Positions 12,153 through 23,780 are shown, numbered from the whole stretch's first letter. The stretch: 56,317 bases of DNA, filler included, from Catajapyx aquilonaris (GCA_000934665.2; 3 parts of 3 records of this genome joined end to end with filler, not necessarily neighbours in it), one strand, 5' to 3'. The notes: generated from the letters alone by a model not told the origin. Program-made: numbers and translations.

Positions 12153-12185
<33 letters not shown>
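12153..12185. repeat. (GTT)n microsatellite
   Basis: Directly visible trinucleotide run. Confidence 0.95.
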
Positions 12186-12225
12186 GTTTTTTTTTGCAAG
12201 TGGTGGAGTAGGTACCCATCGGATA

Positions 12226-13880
12226 ATGGCTGTCAACCCCGAGATCTTGCTGAGGGCTCGACACCTGAATTCCTTCATGGTAGGTGGATGCCTAGGATTG
12301 GACACAACGGCCACCGAGAAGGAGTCGTCAAACAGACGAGCCTTGAAACTTTTTTTTTCCATGTAAGTGGTGTATTTCATTATCCCCTACCAGTCCCCCC
12401 TACCACAGTACCTCCCAAAAAATTTCCTTGGCTGCCCCTGATAATCGTTCATTATTCATTATTTGAAACCATTCTGACTACATGGCTTTAAAATTCAGGT
12501 GCGGCTACTACCCGAGATAACCACCCACACCGTCATGTGCCAGGTAGACGTCTCTTCCAATGCGACCCCCAGGCCATGTGGACTACAGATGAGGGCCAAC
12601 TTGGCAGCTAGGAGAAAACTGGGATATAGATTTGTGTGTTCAGGTACAACCATGGGGGAGATTATGGGTGCTACACCCTGATTTTATCAGTATGTTACTT
12701 AATATAGAAATGGCTAATATTTGAATGTGATAATTTACAGGTTCCAGGGTCTTCCCACATCGCCAGGTGAAGATCAACCCCTGCGTCCAGACATTCTGCC
12801 ACCACACGAAGATACCGTTCTACCAGCTTCTGAAGATCATCTTCTCATGGTCGGAGAAGAAAATGGTGTCACACCTCAGAGGCGTCACCGGCTCCCACAC
12901 ACAGAACGTCAGATGGTACTTCTGGATGCGGGAGACCACGTATTGTGTTGCGTGGCATGATTTCGGCTACATCGGAGGACCTGGGGACATCGTGGAGGTC
13001 GACGAGTCCCTTTTCTACAAGAGGAAATACAACGTGGGACGAATGCCAGCGGGGCAGATTTGGATAGTGGGAGGCATTAGCCGCACTACCAGGAAGAGGT
13101 ACGAGTATATACATATTTTTTCCTAAAAATTGTGAGAGTATTATTAGACAGTAATACAAGGTATACACATAATTGGCTATTAATGACACCTCCAAGTACA
13201 ATGGTTTTATGTGCATGCGTGTTTATGTGCTGCCTAAAGCCAACAGTAATGTAATTCTGTCTTCGTTTAACAGATTTGCTGTGGCAGTGAAGCTGCGCAA
13301 CAAAAGGAGGCGCTCTTCGATGTCATGGTGGAGCACATCCATCCCGACAGTTTCATCTGCACAGATGGTTGGGCGGCCTACAAGGGTCGTGATCAGTATT
13401 TTGCAGGTCATGGGGTGGTCAACCACTCCCAGAACTTCGTGCACGCCCTGGCCCATGAGGATCCTCTGTGGGTGGTCCCTGGGAGGTTCAACGACGAGTG
13501 CCTGGACAAGCAGTACGACGGGCCCCCTCACCATCTAGGCCACCAGCCCCTCAGGTACCACACCCAGAGTTGTGAGCGACAATGGCAGGACCTGAAGACA
13601 CAGGTGCGGACTCGAAATGGCGCGTGTGACAGGAAATATGACATTGGTTAGTACATCAACTAAATGACTTGCTCAAAGTCTCGAGCCAATGCAACTAATT
13701 TCCCTTACCATTCCAGGGGAGTGGATGTACCGCCACAACATCCTGGAGAGGGTGGGCGACCACATGGGAAACCGGATGAGGAGGTTCCTTGACGACATCA
13801 AGAGGGTGTATCCAGGACCAAATAAGGGCAAGATATGGGCGGATCTCGAGAAGTGCGAATGTGAGGATTGTGAAGAATAG
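12226..13880 (+). CDS. Merlin / IS1595 (ISXO2)-like DDE transposase, 5 exons, two apparent 1-nt frameshifts
   Basis: Exons 12226-12362, 12499-12643, 12741-13098, 13274-13646 and 13717-13880 with GT-AG boundaries. Motifs IGGPGDIVEVDESLFYKRKYNVGR, ICTDGWAAY, VNHSQNFV, HTQSCERQW and GEWMYR. The frameshifts fall in a T9 run (12350-12358) and an A4 run (13302-13305). Confidence 0.85.
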
Positions 13881-14617
13881 ATTAGTGAAAGCCAGATCTC
13901 TCCAAACCTGCAGACCCTATTCCACTCAGAGTAAGAAACTTGCCACATAATTTCAGCAGTACTACATTATTATAGATTATCATTAGCCAAATCTGTATTT
14001 TAGGTTACGCGTATTTAAGGCTTAACACTCGGATTAGGATATACATCAGAATGCACTAGGCAGTTTACTTCATTTTATGTTCCAGTAATTCCAGGAATAC
14101 ATTGTTTCAACTGTGTCATAGGTATATATTTTCCATGAATCTTTTCCAATTACCTCAGGTTGGCCTAATCATGCTTTTCACATTCCCTTAAGTCCCATGG
14201 ATTTCTCGTATGGAACTACTTGGCCTGATTTTGCATTGATCAATGTGCTGTTAATTCTCTGAATTAATAACTCCTTAAATGGAATGGTGCCCGTCACTTA
14301 TTAATGCTACAGTTTATTCTCCATTATTGACATGAATTCTACGCTATTGATGTGTGGCACATACACACTTGAATATTGTGCTCCAGATTTACCACGATTG
14401 ATATGCAAGTCATTAATCCTTGTGTTACTACTTTTCAGGTGTAAGCATCGGGTTTGGTTCCTAACTTTCTCATTTTAAAATGGCATTGTTTGTCTGCTTT
14501 GGACCTCGTTTGCTTGCTGGCAATTACGGCGGCATTAGACGCACAGCATCAGCAGATTCAACTGCTACGACAGTAAAATGACGCACTGGTCGGAGAAGTG
14601 AGTAGATTGTCCTATAT

Positions 14618-14749
14618 AAGCTCAACACGTTGGAGGATCAAGGTAGGAGGCAGAACCTAGTCATCTTTGGACTACATGAGCCTGAAATGGAAACATGGGA
14701 GCTGACGGAACAGCGTTTGCGTGACTTTATCAGGCAACACAAAGTGTGA
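14618..14749 (+). pseudogene. LINE ORF1 fragment (CR1/L2/L1-like)
   Basis: Translates as KLNTLEDQGRRQNLVIFGLHEPEMETWELTEQRLRDFI, the LExxxRRxNLxIxGxxE motif of LINE ORF1. Confidence 0.7.
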
Positions 14750-15019
14750 TGAACTGTCCCAACGTGTCGGTTTGCATTCAAAAAGATACCATTATTAAGT
14801 GAATTTTTATTTATGGGAATGAACAAATATGAATGCTGAGTAACAGCTTGTTCGGAACTTTTGAGCTTACTGTTTCATACTTGAAATGCTCTCTCTTGAA
14901 GACAATTTCTTCTTGCTTTATTGTGCATAATATTTTTGACCATATCTTTTCCAGATTTTAAGAGAATTTGAAATGATAAATGATGGGTTCAAAGAGCCCA
15001 TTGACAAGATATTCTTGAA

Positions 15020-16137
15020 TGGGTCCACTGATGACATCTAAACTGCTTGCATTGAGGAAAAATACAGCTGCACTCAAGCTTATGCAGGAAATGGATGTGC
15101 AAAAAGAAAAGTGCAGCAGTGTTGCGGAAGCCAAGGGTATCCAAGCGAATGCAGCACTAGCCATCCTGTTGGTGAGACGAAGATGTTTGTGAAGGAGGAG
15201 GAAGAAGTAAGTTGTGTTGTATTGATAAAAAATTTGTATGAGTCGTTCAGAAAATCATGTTTTCCCCCCCTTTTTTTCTTTTTTTCAGAGGGAGTCATAC
15301 CCAGTCATCGCATACAGTGGAAGCAGCCTCCTGGGGGAAGACCAAGTAGTGGCAACTGCCCATGACCTTACTGAAGCAGTAACTCTGTTGTTCTGCATAT
15401 GTTATGTACTGTGGCTGCAGTTTCCCACTAATGGAAAAAAGCTGCTCCTGTTCATTGGGCATTATTTCATGAGAATGAAAGACTGCCAACCGGGTAGGAA
15501 GGCAATGACACTGTGGAGGGATCTCCAATAATTCCAAAATAAAAATACATTGTGTCAAAGGTCAAACATTGCTTTAAACTTATGATTCCTTTCATGCCAT
15601 GGACTGCAAAGAGTAGATCTCACCTTTACTTTATTCTATTTAGATATTTTCCTAAGGAAAAAACCTATTTTAAAAGTGGCTACCCTGTGACAGGACATCT
15701 TGGGGCTGTTAGATAAGATTTTTAATTAACTGACTTGAACCATTGTCTGTGCTGTGATGGGTTTTGATTGTGGGAGGAAACGTGAGACCTCATAAAGACA
15801 TGCCGTAACTTTATACATTTGTAAGTTTGAATGCAAATATTGAAGTAAGTTACACAATCTGCTGAGTAGCTGCTAAGGGAAATTCATATCACTGCAATGA
15901 GCGACTAATATTCTTGATGAGGCAGCGAGGTGTACAACAGAGGCACAAATTATGCGCAGTTGATATGTAAGGTTACGAAGCAGGTGTGTGAAAATGCAGC
16001 ACAAACCTATGAGACAGATGCGTCATAGAATAGTGCAGTGGATGCAGAAAGGTACGCCACATGCTGCGTAGTGTCTTTCTGCAGACACCACTTTACGCAC
16101 TGAAATGCATTATATAATGCATGACAGGTTTTCAGTG
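15020..16137 (+). mobile_element. 3' part of a CACTA/EnSpm-like element: accessory-gene exons plus terminus
   Basis: Last exon (15289-15531) encodes EAVTLLFCICYVLWLQFP...LLLFIGHYF, resembling the C-terminus of animal EnSpm accessory (SAMD3-like) proteins. AATAAA at ~15538; the element ends in TTTTCAGTG (16137) followed by TA. Confidence 0.55.
15690..15790 (-). mobile_element. Degenerate 5'-truncated relative of the V-type SINE
   Basis: GTGATGGGTTTTGATTGTGGGAGGAAACG resembles GTGATGGATTTTGATAGTGGGAGGAAACG in the full copies at 25.0 and 31.2 kb. Confidence 0.55.
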
Positions 16138-16345
16138 TATGCAGTGTTCCTACCCGAACGATCAACTACCCTGGAACCCTTGCATGAGCTACTACGCACA
16201 GGAACGACGTGGACGTGGGGTGAACGCAGAGCAACGGCGTTCCAAGCGGCAAAGGATCTATTACCGACTGTTGGTGCATTACAGTCAGAACTGCCGTTGT
16301 TGTTGAGCTGCGATGCGTCCCCGTATGGATTGGGTTACGTGTTGT
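16138..16345 (+). pseudogene. Ty3/Gypsy pol fragment (RT connection to RNase H)
   Basis: YAVFLP...LEPLHELLR...WTWG...AFQAAKDLL...LLLSCDASPYGLGYVLS. Confidence 0.88.
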
Positions 16346-16381
16346 CAACAGTCCGGTGAGGCCGGCCCCGGTGGACGTGGG

Positions 16382-17060
16382 TCGAGATGGGCATATCGTA
16401 TCGGTTAAATCGATATATCGATTTGTTACAAACCGATTATTCGAGTTTCTCGATTTTCCTCCAACCGATAAAATCGCTTCTAATCGATTTGGTATGTTAA
16501 TAACCCTCTAGCCTCGGGAAGGCTGCCTGAGTGTGTCTGCCAGTCTGGCGTCCGGATTATGCGGCGGCATTTTGATTTATACAGGATCTCTGGCGCCCTC
16601 GTCGTCTGGAAAAGTCATGACTCATGAAATAGCTTTGTCACTATTGTCAGTTTGTCCCAAAATTGGTTGTCCCCTTGTCCTACCGGTTCTCAGTCTTCTC
16701 ACTCTTCTCAGACGCAGAGTCTCAGACTCACGACTCAGGCTTGCAGTTGTGGCATGTGGCCCCAAGCTTTGTCTCGCAGTGCCCTGTGCGTACTTGTACT
16801 ACCGTAGTGATCTTACGGGACCACGTCGCTGTGGCCAACTGGCCATCTGAGGACGGAGGCTGAAGCCCTGATTGCTGAAGTGCTGAACCCATAGCAAGCA
16901 CATCATGCCAGGGCCGGTGAGGAGTAACGCGAGTGCAGTTCGTGAACATTTCAATCGAAAATCAGGAAGTGTCCGCGTGCAAGACATGCAAAAGAGAAGT
17001 GAAGACATGTGGAAATACCACTAACATGAAGGCTCACTTGACAAAATACCATCCCAGGCT
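16382..17060 (+). mobile_element. Left end of a hAT element with a degenerate BED zinc finger
   Basis: GAGATGGGC terminus-like sequence followed by ATCGAT/ACCGAT subterminal repeats. From ATG 16905: SAVREHF (frameshift) ...ACKTCKREVKTCGNTTNMKAHLTKYHP. Confidence 0.7.
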
Positions 17061-17649
17061 GCTGCACCAGCAAGAAACCAGCACCAGTAGTTTGACGACG
17101 GATGAGAGTGATGCTGACGAACCACGCGCTATTATTGGTTTGTTACCATATTATACACCATATTTGTGCATGACCTGTACCGGATCTAACTTGGGCACAT
17201 GTTGAATTATAGACTGTGCTTGAAAACATTTACTATGAATTATCATTTGCGGAAAAGTTACAGTTATGGCATAACATTAGTGTGTGATTGGTTTTGCACT
17301 AAAAGCTAAAACTAATTTTATTTGAATAACCAGGTGGAACTGAAATTCTGAGTTCGCAACTGTCATCCAGCTGCAGCAGTTCATCAGCCATTCATACAAG
17401 CTCAAGCCCACTTGGACATACTTTACCAGGACTAACTGCTGTTGCCAGATGCTTCGCTAACCAAACTTCCTATTCAGGTAAGTGTGTCAGTGGTTTTCTG
17501 ATCATTTTGCTTGGACATCACATATTTTATTCCGGTTTTCACTACTGGCAGCTTGATTATTTCAAATCATTCTTCATGCATTCATAAGAAAGTTTCATCT
17601 CTTTTTTTTGTTTCATTTCAGAACATGATGAACTTCAGAAAAATAGCAG

Positions 17650-18690
17650 ATGTGTAAATTGCAACAATGCAAGGGTTTGGGCAGCCCTTTCATCCATGGA
17701 GTTAAAGTTCAGATTAAACATCACTATAAGCAGATTGAAACTCATGAACATTCTGTTGCCCATGACATTGCTGTGAAAGCCTATCTACAGATCTGCAAAA
17801 GTAAGGATCTTGAAACACTGATGGGCAAGGACATGCCAACAAAACGACGAAGTGACATCGAAGTCAGAAGGCAGGTGGTTCACAGGTTAATCCACATAAT
17901 CTTGTTCATTGGCAAGCAAGGACTAGCGTACATTGAAATTGCCGCAGATCTCAACAACAGATGCATAAACCACGGCAACTTCTTAGAACTGGTCATGCTG
18001 GTTTCTAAATATGACCAGATCTTGAAGACACATGTAGACATGGTCATTCAGAGAAGCAAGGAGCGTATGGAAAAACATCCTAAATCGCAAGGAAGAGGTT
18101 CCCTTATTACTTTCCTATCAAAATCGTTCATCAACAAAGTAATCAAATATTTAGCCATTCAAATACAACTCGACATTGCTAGTGAAATTCCGCAAGCAGG
18201 CATCTTCAGCATAGAAGTGGATTCCACACAGGATGTTTCTGTTCTAGATGAACTACCGCTGTGTGTTAGATATGTGCTAAATGGAACAGTCTCTGTGAGA
18301 TTGTTGAAGCTGACTGTTGCAAAGAAAACAACAGGCGAGGCACTCCACCTTCAGATAAAGGAGGAACTGCAGAAGTTTAACATCAGCACTAAGAAAATTA
18401 TAGGGTGCTCATTTGACGGAGCTGCCAACATGAGCGGCCAATATAAGGGGCTCCAAGCCCAGCTTCGAAAGGATAATGATTCCCTGATATACGTGCATTG
18501 TTGTGCTCATGCTCTCTATTTGGTATTAACAGAATGCACAGAAAGTTGCAGGGAAGCCAGGGATTTTCTTGGTCTCATGCAGAGCACAGCTAAGTTCATC
18601 TCAGAATCTCATAAACGCATGCTGGTTTGGACTAAAGTTAATGCAGAGTCCGCCGAAGGTCATGAACTATTGCGCCGGCTTCAGAAGGTT
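17650..18690 (+). pseudogene. hAT transposase, ZMYM1/DUF4371 (Tip100-like) type, truncated
   Basis: GKQGLAY, NHGNFLELV, FSIEVDSTQDVS, CVRYV, TTGEAL, SFDGAANMSG and YVHCCAH motifs. Cut at ~18690 by unrelated GC-rich sequence before the catalytic Glu and dimerisation domain. Confidence 0.9.
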
Positions 18691-18802
18691 AACTCGCTTT
18701 GCGAGGCGGGGGGGCTGCGCCCCCCCCCCCACCCCCCCGTGGGGCTGCGCCCCACGTGCGCGCCTTCGGCACGGTGCCCGTGTACCGCCTAATCCATCCG
18801 GT

Positions 18803-18902
18803 NNNNNNNNNNNNNNNNNNNNNNNNNNNNNNNNNNNNNNNNNNNNTTAATTAATTAANNNNNNNNNNNNNNNNNNNNNNNNNNNNNNNNNNNNNNNNNN
18901 NN
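18803..18902. other. Artificial contig spacer
   Basis: 44 N + TTAATTAATTAA + 44 N = 100 nt, with stops in all frames; identical to the second spacer. Confidence 0.97.
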
Positions 18903-20312
18903 TTCTGCGGGGAGGGGGGGACGCCTCGGGTCAGGCCACTGGGGGACTACCAGCTGGGTCAGGCGGGGCACGGGCTGAAGGGGCTCTTCAGGGGCAGATT
19001 TGAACACATGAACGGGAAGAAGTTCAGGGCGGGAACATACTTGGAATTCCCTTTCGAAGAGTCCAGAAAGGTTATGGAAGAGTCTGGGGAAATCGCAACT
19101 AATGGTTATGCCCGGGCAATGTTTCTGATGGAAGCAAAGCTGAACGTGAGGATGGAGGTTTATGTCAAAAACTTCCAAAGTGATGAAATAGATTATCAGC
19201 TACCGAATAGGACCTGGGTAGGTATTGTTAGAGATATTCTTTCTGGTAAGGCCGATATTACAACAGGTATGATCGCCTCGGATGCAACATATCCTTACCT
19301 CCTTCATCCGCATCCGTACGGTTATGGACACGGGACCTTCCTGACCCGACACCCCGAGGGAGTGATCAACTGGCGGGTCATATACAAACCCTACCCTCTG
19401 GCCTTCTGGGTCTGCTTCTTGGTCACACTCGTCCTGGTCACCCTGGCCGTCAACCGACTCTCTCTGTGGAGATCCGGACAGGACGAACAACATCTGCACC
19501 GACCTTTGACCTTCCTCCAGTCCATGGGTCTCGTCCTCCGTCACCTCCTGGAGCAGCCCATCCACTTCCCTCGCACCAGACGGTTCCTGGTCCTGGCCTC
19601 CTTCTACCTCCTCGCCTTCGTGATGGTGGTGGTGACCGGGTACAAGGCCAAACTCGTGGCCTTCCTGACATGGCCTCCAAGGGAATTTGTCCCCTCAAAT
19701 ATCCATGAATTGCATAGATCTGATTGGAGAATAGAATCAAACATGTTTTACTCCATAGTTATGAGTAAGTTCGGGAGAGAATCAAATGATGCTCTTCTGG
19801 TGGAAATTGTGGAAAGAGTTGAAGTGGCCGACACTTTCCGAAGCTGCCTGTACAAGACCAACAAAGAAAATGTCGTGTGCATGGGCATCAACGTTTTCAT
19901 AGAGCAGGACGAGCTGCATTGGTTCATGGACACCTCCGCCCAACTGACCGTGAGATTCTCCGAGGATCGTTTGTGCCCATCTTACGTGTCGACGCCCATA
20001 TCTCGAGGAGACACATCCTTGTTCTACCTCCTGCAGAACTTCTTTCGTATGACCAATGATTGCATGGACCTCACCCGCAAGTTCTTGTCCGACGATCGTT
20101 ACATGAGATTCCTTCGTCGACTGAAGGTGATTCGAGCTGAAGAAGAGAAGAGAGAGGCAGAGGTCCTCGCAGACGAAGTTCTGACCGTTCGCAAATTATC
20201 TGCAATTTTTCATATCTGGCTCGTGGGTCTCCTTCTGTCCCTCGTCTTATTTGTACTAGAAATTTTAAAGAGGAAAAAAAGAACAAACAAGCCCTTAATA
20301 TTTCTGAGATAA
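18903..20312 (+). CDS. Divergent ionotropic receptor (variant iGluR-family chemoreceptor), 5'-truncated at the contig edge
   Basis: Frame is open from the contig edge. S1-like WxGxxxDILSGKAD, pre-M1 IYKPY...FW, pore-like LRHLLEQ, M3 VVVTGYKAKLVAFLTWP, S2 region and M4 LTVRKLSAIFHIWLVGLLLSLVLFVLE. Intronless over the visible part. Confidence 0.85.
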   Translation, partial: FCGEGGTPRVRPLGDYQLGQAGHGLKGLFRGRFEHMNGKKFRAGTYLEFPFEESRKVMEESGEIATNGYARAMFLMEAKLNVRMEVYVKNFQSDEIDYQLPNRTWVGIVRDILSGKADITTGMIASDATYPYLLHPHPYGYGHGTFLTRHPEGVINWRVIYKPYPLAFWVCFLVTLVLVTLAVNRLSLWRSGQDEQHLHRPLTFLQSMGLVLRHLLEQPIHFPRTRRFLVLASFYLLAFVMVVVTGYKAKLVAFLTWPPREFVPSNIHELHRSDWRIESNMFYSIVMSKFGRESNDALLVEIVERVEVADTFRSCLYKTNKENVVCMGINVFIEQDELHWFMDTSAQLTVRFSEDRLCPSYVSTPISRGDTSLFYLLQNFFRMTNDCMDLTRKFLSDDRYMRFLRRLKVIRAEEEKREAEVLADEVLTVRKLSAIFHIWLVGLLLSLVLFVLEILKRKKRTNKPLIFLR

Positions 20313-20581
20313 ACAAGGTCAGAAATCGGATTTTTGAGCCTGACACTGCAGAAGAGAGACGCGCACTCTATTGTCAGTGCCACGTGCAATTGGCGGTTTG
20401 GAAGACAAAAGTTAGACTCTTCGTTGATATTCTACTTCATGCGGAACCCACTCATTACAATGAGACAAAAATCTTTGATATTTTTGGTGTTTTCTCGTGT
20501 TTTTATTGCCCTAGCAATTTTGACAGTCCTGGTTGACGTAAAATCCAACTCATTTGACCCTTGCTGGGTTTCCTCTTCTCA

Positions 20582-21842
20582 CTACTTGAACATCCTATGC
20601 ATCTCGACAATGAATGCCGCGTCGCTCTCCGAGAACTCGTACAGGCCCAAGCAGTAGTCCTGGAACTCTTCCAGTGTCACCTGGGAAAAACAATGGTTTG
20701 GAATCAGTAAGCGCTGCTGCTGGTCTGACAACCATATGTGGTCTACCTTGTCCTCCGTGGCGCCGTACAGCTTGAAGCACTCCAGGAACTTGGTGACCAG
20801 CGTGTCGCGGTCCGTCTCTCCACTCTTGTACATGCTGTTGGCCTCCAGGTGCAGCCTGCGACCTATCTCTTTGTGGGTGACCTCTCCGCTGGCACCCTTG
20901 TCCATGCGGTAGAACACGTCGTCGACGTTCTTCAGGAGGTGGTTACCTCCAAAGAGGCTCTGGAATTGGGAATAGGTGACGATTACCACACACCGAGGTG
21001 ATCCGGAGTGGGTTGCATTCAGATTTGCCCACTAACCCTGGCCTTCTTCAGGAAGATCCTCACGTTCACCTGCCCTGACTTCTCCTTCTCGCAAGCGTCG
21101 AACACGTCCTTAATCTGCGAGTTGTTGATGGAAAAGTCCTGCATCAGTTCCGTGAACTCTTTCAGGTCCACGTTCCGATGGCGCCAGTTGTCCATGCGGC
21201 GGAAGGTGCTGAAATATTTTACAATGAAGACATTAGAGTCCAACCAGGGAGCATGTACTATACATAAGAGGCGCACACTTCTGTCGGCGCCTTTGATGTC
21301 CGCGTCTCCCTGTTTGGGACCGTTGCCAAGGCTGGCGGCCATTTTGAAGTGTGGGCAAATCCAACGAGGTACTATAAATAGGGTACAGGCAAAGATAGGG
21401 TCCGCCATCTTTGATGGTTGTGGCGGCCATGGTAACTACACGGCAAGAACACGCGCGAATCAAAGATGGCGGACCCTATTTTTGCCTGTACTCTATTTAT
21501 ACCTCGTTGGCGTCCCCCACACTTCAAGATGGCCGCCAGCCTTGGCAACACCCCAAACAGAGAGACGCGGAAATCGAATGTTTGCGCCTCTTATGCCCTG
21601 GTCCAACTAATATAGACTTACGATCCGAGGTTGAGCAATCCCGAAGGCCCCTTGCAGATGCTGGCCAACTTGAGGAGCTTGATTGGGTCCTTCTCCTTGG
21701 ACATGTCCCTGATGGCCCTGTGGACTGTCATCTCGTCCGCGTAGCTCTTAGGGGACAGGGGCCTGCGCAGCCTCACGCTGTCCCGGACGTCCTTGGTGAG
21801 GGACATGCGAGATGAAGGCCTCTGTCTGCTGGGCAATGGCAT
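20582..21842 (-). CDS. CAPSL: Calcyphosin-like EF-hand protein (4 coding exons, ~234 aa)
   Basis: Exons 21842-21622, 21208-21037, 20959-20747 and 20680-20582 splice in phase (GT-AG). Calcyphosin signatures DPIKLLKLASICKGPSGLLNLGSTFRRMD, YKSGET...KFLECF and VTLEEFQDY. The start codon is uncertain; an acceptor at 21917 suggests an upstream exon. Confidence 0.82.
21262..21596. mobile_element. Palindromic MITE in intron 1 of the calcyphosin-like gene
   Basis: ~21300-21415 is an inverted copy of ~21459-21571; an outer CATAAGAGGCGCA / TGCGCCTCTTATG pair is also visible. Confidence 0.8.
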
Positions 21843-22799
21843 CTTGTCGGAACTGGAAGTACTTGGTCTGGACTCGCCTATCAGTGATGCTGCGACTGGA
21901 ATCCGGGAAGGTAAGGCTATAGATCCAACAATCAGTTGTTGTTGTTGCAAGAACACACTTTTGTCCGAAACATGTCAATATCACTAAAATTACAATTGAA
22001 ATATATTACAACTTAAAATATTAATTCAGATGTCAAAATTACAATATACTGTAAATGAAACGCTAAAAATTAAAACGAAGTATTAAAAATTATAATCATA
22101 TTACAATTATTAAAATTTTATTGAAATTTGTTAATTAAATAATTGCGTTATTTTAGCACTCTCTTTTCTAATACGGTACCGGTACTGTAGAATGAAGAAA
22201 AAAATTGTTGGTTTCGAGTATTTTCAACATGGTTGCTACGCAAAACATGTCAATTATTTCGCTGAACAATACCTGCATTTACGCTGTACGTTTCAATCAA
22301 ATATTATCTATGGAATGAGACTACCTAAGATAGTAGGCTACTCCTACATTATAAAATGATCTTTAGCATTAAACTACAAAGTGTCAGCAAAATGATGTGT
22401 TGACAAACGACAATAATTAAGCTAGGCAGAGCAGGCGTTGAACTTACGACCTAATTAATCTCTGAAAGTGCTTGATGTGACATTACCCTGATCGCTTGTC
22501 TGATGAGTGATGGCTAGGAGATCAGAGGGTGCTCCCCTTCTGGTCATGGAGCATCCAAAGTGTCCTTCGCTGGACCAGAATTTTATTCGTCATCGAATTA
22601 TTGTTCCGAAAGTTGTTCTTTTGGGTGTTGTTGTTGACTCGAGTCCATTGTTGGGAGGATGCCAAGGATACGCTCTTTACTAATTAGGCTACTTTTTTCA
22701 TTTCATCACTGTTGTTGTTTTTTTTTGTTAGGAAAAATGTGCCTGTAGGCCTTACAATTTTAGACTGTGACAGAGCCTGGGCGATAGTAAATAAGATAA

Positions 22800-23780
22800 A
22801 TTAATGGACATGTCAGTAGCAAAATATTGTATGATACGTTATACATAATACCCACGCGAGTACAGTAGATAAATGAAAACGCATTTAAGTAGCAAAATTA
22901 ACTTAATTTATACACACAAAAGTAGCAAAAATTCACTAAATATATTAATTAATTAATAAAAGTGTTTCAATATCAGAATAAATACACATGAAAGTAGTAA
23001 AAAAGTGAATAAAATACAGGCATGCAAGTAGCCCACGAATACAAAAAAATATTTACGACGTAAGTACTGTAAGCTACGAGTAATAATATAAAGTGGATAG
23101 ACGAAAAAGGTATAAAAATTGTGAAATAAAATAAATAAATGCACATGCAAGTAGCAAAATTGATTGATTAATTAATTCACATAAAAGTAGGGAAATAAGA
23201 GAAACTAATTAATATTCATGCAGCCAGCGAAATTAATTAATTGATTAATTAAATACGCATGAACGTAAAGAAATAAAAGGATTAAATCTCGGAATGAATA
23301 CACATGAAAGTAGCATATAAATAAATAAAACACATACATTATACAAGTAGCCGATTTTTTTAAAAAAAATGTACCGTACATAACCTACAGGTAATAAAAT
23401 AAAGTGAATCGACCGAATAGACATGAAGTTAGTTAAATAAAATTAAGTAAATATGCATGTAGCAAAATCAAATATATAAATAAATCTCTTGAAATACCGG
23501 TATAACAACTTAATATTTGATAAGTGGCGAAATGACGCGAATAAATACACATACAGTAATGCATAAATAAATACACATACGAGGAGCTCAATACAAAAAT
23601 AAATTCCCGTGCAACTGGTGCAAGTAACAAAAAAAGTGAATAATTAACTTCATTTTAATAAATAAAATAAATAAAATATCACATATTTAGACACATGAAA
23701 TTACTGTATAATAAATGAATGCGCAAGCAGCTAAATTCAACAGACAAACACACGTACAAGTAATAAATTGAATTAAAATG
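22800..23780. repeat. Degenerate AT-rich minisatellite
   Basis: Recurrent ATACACATG(C)AAGTAGC(AAAA) core separated by A/T-rich stretches at roughly 40-nt spacing. Confidence 0.65.

Noticed and set aside
12767..13651. Bacterial IS1595 insertion sequence or contamination
   Set aside because: The gene has in-phase spliceosomal introns, so it is a eukaryotic Merlin.
18690..18802. C-terminus of the hAT ORF (GGLRPPPHPP...)
   Set aside because: Read-through into an unrelated GC-rich repeat at the contig end.
18847..18858. TTAATTAATTAA as a biological site or TSD
   Set aside because: Centred in identical N-padded 100-nt spacers; it is an assembly linker.
19200..19933. Overlapping antisense and alternate-frame ORFs in the receptor and RSRC2 genes
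   Set aside because: Expected shadows of GC-rich coding sequence; their recurrence in both receptor copies reflects DNA identity.
22448..22650. Upstream coding exon of the calcyphosin-like gene
   Set aside because: A minus-strand donor is present at 22447, but the frame from the nearest ATG hits a stop; at most a 5' UTR exon.
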